Under the pieces are notes generated by a model. That model searched no databases, was not told the origin of the DNA, and worked only from the letters and a program-made list of their open reading frames with translations. From the NCBI GenBank assembly GCA_963775685.1, contig CAVZJV010000014.1:1344001-1408000 (forward strand): a stretch of 64,000 bases of DNA. Direction: 5' to 3'. Both the position numbers and the translations under genes were made by a program. Positions 58,941 to 64,000 of the stretch are shown here, in pieces (the stretch's first letter is position 1; each line of letters starts with the position of its first letter). This stretch comes from Candidatus Bathyarchaeota archaeon. Its GTDB lineage: Archaea; Thermoproteota; Bathyarchaeia; Bathyarchaeales; Bathycorpusculaceae.

Positions 58941-61900
58941 TCACCATTGTTTCCAGGGCAACTCATCCATGTACTCGTTTAGACTCCGTATGCTGTTGCC
59001 GTTTTGTCCTTTCTGTTTTAACACTTCCACAAGCGCCGCTGCCAATTGAAGGTTAGTGATGACTGGTACGTTGAATTCTACTGCTTGGCGCCGTATGATG
59101 TAGCCGTCGGTTATGATGTCTGATATACTTGAGCGACGGTTTGCCATGGGAACGTTGATGACTAGGTCGATTTTGCGTTCTTGCAGGTAATCCATAATGT
59201 TAGGGCTAACCTGGGCATCTTTGACCTTGTAGAGAACGGTCGTGGCAACGCCGTATGCGTTGAGCACGTCGGCTGTATGTTGGGTCGCATAGATCTTGAA
59301 GCCCATCTCAGCGAGAGCTTGAGCAATTGGGACAACCCGCTTCTTGCGTTCCTCGTCACCGCCGACGCTTATGAACACTTTGCCGTCTTTAGGCGGGATG
59401 GTGAATTCGGCAGCCTGCAGCGCTTTGCTGAAGGCATCAGAGAAGTTTGCGCCCAAACAAGCCACTTCGCCAGTGCTGAGCATCTCTACTCCGAGAACTG
59501 GATCGGCACCGCTAAGACGCATAAAGCTGAACTGTGGAACTTTCACTCCAACGTGAGGGGCAACAGTCATTGGTGAGAGTTTGATGCCATCGATTTTTTT
59601 GCCCAGCATCGCCAAAGTCGCCAGCTCAATCATGTTTACGCCACGGGTTTTACTGACAAAGGGCATTGAGCGAGAGGCCCTCAGGTTGCATTCGATAACG
59701 TTGACAACATCATCTTTGACGAGATACTGGATGTTGTAGGGTCCATGGATTTTAAGTGCCTTTACTATGCTGATGGTGCATTCTTCGATTTTCTTCTGCA
59801 CCTCAACTTTGAGCGCTTGGGGCGGAATTGTCATGGTCGCATCGCCGCTGTGCACACCTGCGTTCTCAACGTGTTCCATTATGGCGCCGATGAATACGTT
59901 TTCGCCGTCAGAAACGCCGTCGACCTCGACTTCTTTGGCGCGGTTAATGAATTTGCTGATAACAACTGGGTGGTCGCGGCCAACTTTCGCTGCCAAGTTA
60001 AGGAAGTTCTCCAAGGAGGCCTCATTGTAGGCGACGCGCATGGCTGAGCCTGAGAGCACGTAGCTGGGGCGTACTATAACTGGGTAACCGATTTTATGTG
60101 CAAACCGTTTGGCTTCCTCGATGGATTGCAGTTTGCTCCAAGGTGGCTGAGAAATGCACAGTTGGTCAAGCAAAGCACTAAATTTGGAACGGTCCTCTGC
60201 CAAGTCCACGTCTTGAGCGGATGTGCCCAAAATATTTGCGCCTGCCTCACACAACGATAGAGAGAGGTTGTTTGGGATTTGCCCGCCAACGCTTGTGATT
60301 ATGCCCAAGGGGTTTTCTTTCTCGTAAATGTCTAGGATACGTTCGGTAGTTAATTCTTCAAAGTACAATTTGTCTGAAACATCATAGTCAGTAGAGACGG
60401 TTTCAGGGTTGTAGTTAACCATGATGGCTTCTTGTATGCCGTTCTTCTTGAGCGCCCAAATCGTGTTGACCCCGCACCAGTCAAACTCGACACTGGAACC
60501 GATGCGAAACACGCCAGCGCCCAAAACGATAACTTTGCTTTGGGTAGAGCTGAGCTCAATATCGTCTTCATCTCCGCCATAGGTCATGTATAGGTAGTTG
60601 GTTTTTGCAGGCCATTCAGCTGCCATGGTGTCAATCTGTTTCACCGCTGGAATGATGCCTGCGTTCTTTCGGAAGACTCGAATGGTTACTTCGTCCGTTT
60701 TTTGACATGTAGCAATTTGCTCATCTGAAAAGCCGATGCGTTTTGCTTCACGAATAACCTCAAGCGAGGATTCTTCAGCGAGGTTTATTGTGCAGAGCTG
60801 GGCTTCCATATCAATAATGTTTTGTATTTTATGCAGGAAGAAGGGGTCAACACCGCTTAGGCGGTAGATTTCCATGACGGGTATACCTATTTTGAGAGCT
60901 TTTGCAATCTTGAAGAGCCGCTCGTCTGTGGGATGTTCCATCTCATCTCTTAGCCGCTCTTCAGATTCAGGCTCCGAGTCTTCGGGGTTGCAAACGAGTC
61001 CAATCTTGCCCGTATCGAGCATCCGTACAGCTTTTTGCAAGGCTTCTTCGAAGCAGCGTCCAATCGCCATGACTTCGCCAACGGAACGCATTTGGGGACC
61101 AACGTGACGATCGGCATTCTTGAATTTCTGCAGGTCCCAGCGAGGAATTTTAACGGTTATGTAGTCCAGAGCGGGTTCGAAACAGGCGGTAGTGACTTCC
61201 GTAACTTTGTTGATGAGTTCAGGCAATGTGTAGCCCAAGGTGAGTTTAGTTGCGATGTAGGCAAGGGGGTAACCTGTGACTTTGCTGGCGAGAGCAGAGC
61301 TACGGGACATTCTTGAGTTAACTTCGATAACCCTGCACTCTTCAGTTTTAGGGTACAGAGCCCATTGGATGTTGCATTCACCCACTATGCCAAGGCTGCG
61401 TATCGCGTTTATTGAGATTGTGCGGATTTGGTGGTATTCGCGGTTAGTCATAGTCTGCGAAGGTGCAACTACTATGCTGTCTCCTGTATGGATGCCCATG
61501 GGATCAAAGTTTTCCATGTTGCAGACTGTTATGCAGTTGTCTGAATAGTCACGCATGACTTCGTATTCAACTTCTTTCCAATGCCCCACGTACTCTTCAA
61601 CAAGAACCTGGTTAATGCGGCTCTGCGCTATGCCGATGGTAACTATTTCTTTTAGCTCTTTAGGATTATGAGCAACACCTGCGCCTTTCCCGCCTAAAGT
61701 ATAAGCCACACGAACCATAACAGGGTAATTGATTTCGTCAGCAATCTCCAAGGCTTGTTTAACGCTTGTGGCGGCTCGGCTTTTCAGGTATGGAACCCCT
61801 GCTTTTTGCATTGCTTGCCGGAAGCGCTCTCTGTCACCAGTATCTTCGATAGCTTGGACAGGTGTACCTAAAACTTTAACGTTGTACTTTTGCAGAATAC

Positions 61901-62216
61901 CTGTTTTCTCGAGTTCTAAGCCGCAGTTAAGCGCGGTTTGTCCTCCAAACCCCAAGAGGATGCCATCTGGGCGTTCTTTGGCAATCACTTTCTCGACGAA
62001 TTCGGGGGTAACTGGCAGAAGGTAAACTTTGCCTGATAGTCGTGGGTCGGTTTGGATGGTGGCGATGTTTGGGTTAATCAGAACGGTTTCTACGCCTTCT
62101 TCGCGCAGAGCCTTCAAGCATTGGCTGCCGGAGTAATCGAATTCAGCGGCTTCACCGATTTTGATGGCGCCGCTTCCGAGAACCAGAACTTTCTTTATCC
62201 AATCAAACTTTGGCAT
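58941..62216 (-). CDS. carB: Carbamoyl-phosphate synthase large subunit
   Basis: GSGAIKIGEAAEFDYSG, HTGDS, RPSYVLSG, HSGDA, MGS domain; ATG at 62216. Confidence 0.97.
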   Translation of the reverse strand: MPKFDWIKKVLVLGSGAIKIGEAAEFDYSGSQCLKALREEGVETVLINPNIATIQTDPRLSGKVYLLPVTPEFVEKVIAKERPDGILLGFGGQTALNCGLELEKTGILQKYNVKVLGTPVQAIEDTGDRERFRQAMQKAGVPYLKSRAATSVKQALEIADEINYPVMVRVAYTLGGKGAGVAHNPKELKEIVTIGIAQSRINQVLVEEYVGHWKEVEYEVMRDYSDNCITVCNMENFDPMGIHTGDSIVVAPSQTMTNREYHQIRTISINAIRSLGIVGECNIQWALYPKTEECRVIEVNSRMSRSSALASKVTGYPLAYIATKLTLGYTLPELINKVTEVTTACFEPALDYITVKIPRWDLQKFKNADRHVGPQMRSVGEVMAIGRCFEEALQKAVRMLDTGKIGLVCNPEDSEPESEERLRDEMEHPTDERLFKIAKALKIGIPVMEIYRLSGVDPFFLHKIQNIIDMEAQLCTINLAEESSLEVIREAKRIGFSDEQIATCQKTDEVTIRVFRKNAGIIPAVKQIDTMAAEWPAKTNYLYMTYGGDEDDIELSSTQSKVIVLGAGVFRIGSSVEFDWCGVNTIWALKKNGIQEAIMVNYNPETVSTDYDVSDKLYFEELTTERILDIYEKENPLGIITSVGGQIPNNLSLSLCEAGANILGTSAQDVDLAEDRSKFSALLDQLCISQPPWSKLQSIEEAKRFAHKIGYPVIVRPSYVLSGSAMRVAYNEASLENFLNLAAKVGRDHPVVISKFINRAKEVEVDGVSDGENVFIGAIMEHVENAGVHSGDATMTIPPQALKVEVQKKIEECTISIVKALKIHGPYNIQYLVKDDVVNVIECNLRASRSMPFVSKTRGVNMIELATLAMLGKKIDGIKLSPMTVAPHVGVKVPQFSFMRLSGADPVLGVEMLSTGEVACLGANFSDAFSKALQAAEFTIPPKDGKVFISVGGDEERKKRVVPIAQALAEMGFKIYATQHTADVLNAYGVATTVLYKVKDAQVSPNIMDYLQERKIDLVINVPMANRRSSISDIITDGYIIRRQAVEFNVPVITNLQLAAALVEVLKQKGQNGNSIRSLNEYMDELPWKQW

Positions 62217-62217
62217 C

Positions 62218-63375
62218 CTACTTAACCTCCAATGTTTTAGCGAACTTGTCAAACAACATTTCAGTGTCATAGGGTCCCGGTGACGCTTCAGGGTGCCACT
62301 GAACTGCAAAGACGGGTTTGGATTTGTGTTTGATGCCTTCAGTTGTTTTATCGTTGGGATTCACAAACCAGGGTACAAGCGGCGTCTTCTTTAATGAATC
62401 CAAGTTTACCGCATAACCATGATTCTGAGTGGTGATATAGCAGCGGCTGTTGTTGAGATCAAGAGCCGGCTGGTTTTGGGCGCGGTGACCGAACTTGAGT
62501 TTGTAAGTGTCGCCGCCCAATGCTAAAGATAAGATTTGGGCGCCAAGACAGATGCCCATAAGTGGAACTTTTTCGGAGAGTTCACGGATTGACTCGATGG
62601 TTTTGACGCATTTTTTGGGGTCGCCTGGACCGTTGCTCAGAAACACGCCATCAGGGTTGTAAGCTAAGACTTCGCTGGCTGAGGTGTCATAGGGCACTCG
62701 GACAACGTTTATGCCCCGTTTAAGTAGATTGCGAATGATGCTGTATTTGACTCCACAGTCGATTAGGACAACGGTTCTTTTGCCTTCGACACTGTAGATA
62801 ACGGGCTTTTTAACGGAAACTTCTTTAACCAAATCAGTCATGTTAGGGTCCGCGATGTTTTTGCCGTTCTTTAAGATTGCATCTAAATCTGGATCTTCGC
62901 CTGCTTCAAAAACCTGCAATATCCCAAGCATGACTCCATGAGTTCGAAGTTTTTTTGTTAGGCGTCGTGTGTCTACGCCATAGATGCCTGGGACGCCTTC
63001 GTCGGATAGCCATTTATCAAGGGTTCGTGTGGATGCCCAATGGAACGGTTCATGGCAAAGTTCGTGAATGATTAAGCCTTGAACTTGAATGTGGTCGGAC
63101 TCGAAATAGAGCGGCATTCCTAGGTTTTGTTCGTTGGATGGAACACCGTAGTTGCCCACCATTGGGTAAGTGAAAGTTAAAACCTGTCCCTTGAACGACG
63201 GATCAGTAAGCGCTTCTGGGTAACCAACCATCTGGGTTGAGAAAACAACTTCTCCCGAGATTTTTCCTGTTGCACCAAAACCTTTACCGATAAATGGCGT
63301 TCCGTCTTCAAGAAGCAGTATTGCTTTTTTATTTTTGTTGGACGTGCTATGTTGTGGGACCAAAGCCCTATTCAA
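62218..63375 (-). CDS. carA: Carbamoyl-phosphate synthase small subunit
   Basis: LTDPSF, SNGPGDP, GICLG, QNHGY, QWHPEASPGP. Confidence 0.96.
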   Translation of the reverse strand: MNRALVPQHSTSNKNKKAILLLEDGTPFIGKGFGATGKISGEVVFSTQMVGYPEALTDPSFKGQVLTFTYPMVGNYGVPSNEQNLGMPLYFESDHIQVQGLIIHELCHEPFHWASTRTLDKWLSDEGVPGIYGVDTRRLTKKLRTHGVMLGILQVFEAGEDPDLDAILKNGKNIADPNMTDLVKEVSVKKPVIYSVEGKRTVVLIDCGVKYSIIRNLLKRGINVVRVPYDTSASEVLAYNPDGVFLSNGPGDPKKCVKTIESIRELSEKVPLMGICLGAQILSLALGGDTYKLKFGHRAQNQPALDLNNSRCYITTQNHGYAVNLDSLKKTPLVPWFVNPNDKTTEGIKHKSKPVFAVQWHPEASPGPYDTEMLFDKFAKTLEVK

Positions 63376-63379
63376 CCAA

Positions 63380-64000
63380 TCAGTTTAAATTTTTAAGTCT
63401 TCCGTTTTTGGAAGATTTTGAAATATATGATTCCACGGTTAAGTTAAGGGTGTTTTCTGCATTGGCAAGATTCTGTTGGAGTTTAGCAATGAATGTTTTG
63501 GAGTGAGATAGGATTTTGTTTTCGGTTGTGATTGATTTTTCAACCTCTGCGGGTGATGGACCTCCTTGTACTTTATAGGTTTCGATTAATTTGCGAAGAT
63601 TTGTGCATTCAATTATATCCAGTTTTTTAACGGTTAATTTTACGCCAGTTGATTCTTGGGCAACTTTCTGGAGCAATTCAGGTGTCGCATCCAGCAGAGT
63701 CTGTTTTGAATCAACTAAGGCTTTAACAAGTGCTCCAACTATCTTGTGGGAAGTTCGGAAAGCAACCTTGTACTTTCTTACCAGCATGTTTGCTAGTTCA
63801 GTTGCCCCAACAAAACCCGCTGCAGCCTTGCTTTCAACATTATCAGAAACTCTAATGTCGGGTATTAGTTTGGCAAATATACTCAGAGACCCTGAAAGGT
63901 TATCTGTCGATGCCCAAAGCTTTGGAGTTAGCTCTTGGAAATCAAGGTTGTAGGTTGAGGGCAGGCTTTTGAGGACAGCCGCTGAAGCTAAAAAATCCCC
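63380..64000 (-). CDS. argH: Argininosuccinate lyase, 3' part (start outside the window)
   Basis: LPSTYNLDFQE, ATELANMLVRK...FRTSHKIVG, GGPSP. Confidence 0.88.
   Translation of the reverse strand, partial: GDFLASAAVLKSLPSTYNLDFQELTPKLWASTDNLSGSLSIFAKLIPDIRVSDNVESKAAAGFVGATELANMLVRKYKVAFRTSHKIVGALVKALVDSKQTLLDATPELLQKVAQESTGVKLTVKKLDIIECTNLRKLIETYKVQGGPSPAEVEKSITTENKILSHSKTFIAKLQQNLANAENTLNLTVESYISKSSKNGRLKNLN

Noticed and set aside
26005-62025. Long antisense ORFs such as 26902..27663, 43335..44105 and 53901..54935
   Set aside because: Shadow frames of well-supported genes on the opposite strand.

Overview
Archaeal chromosomal window. The gene content (AroA'/AroB' shikimate route, GHMP shikimate kinase, DUF39-CBS homocysteine genes, PEF-type C-terminal tails, a multi-intron tRNA) is consistent with Bathyarchaeia; the taxon is an inference. 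It holds a tRNA-Met(CAT) with two BHB introns and a ~9 kb AT-rich integrated element (~13.5-22.8 kb) with a tyrosine integrase, a HerA/FtsK-like ATPase, an AbiJ-like protein, a PD-(D/E)xK-like ORF and repeated palindromes. It also holds a large amino-acid biosynthesis region (cimA/leuA-like, ilvD, ilvBN, leuCDBA-pheA, an 11-gene aspartokinase-aro-tyrA operon, homocysteine genes, carAB, argH) and many decayed accessory genes. The most notable observation is two short upstream ORFs missing from the ORF track. A 28-aa Phe/Tyr-rich peptide (MFNAKNIVSGNAAPFQSFDYCFYYYHFP) precedes the aromatic operon, and an 18-aa peptide ending VQIL precedes ilvB. Each is followed immediately by mutually exclusive RNA pairings around a U-tract, suggesting leader-peptide attenuation in an archaeon. 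All family calls come from motif recognition only; no database search was run.
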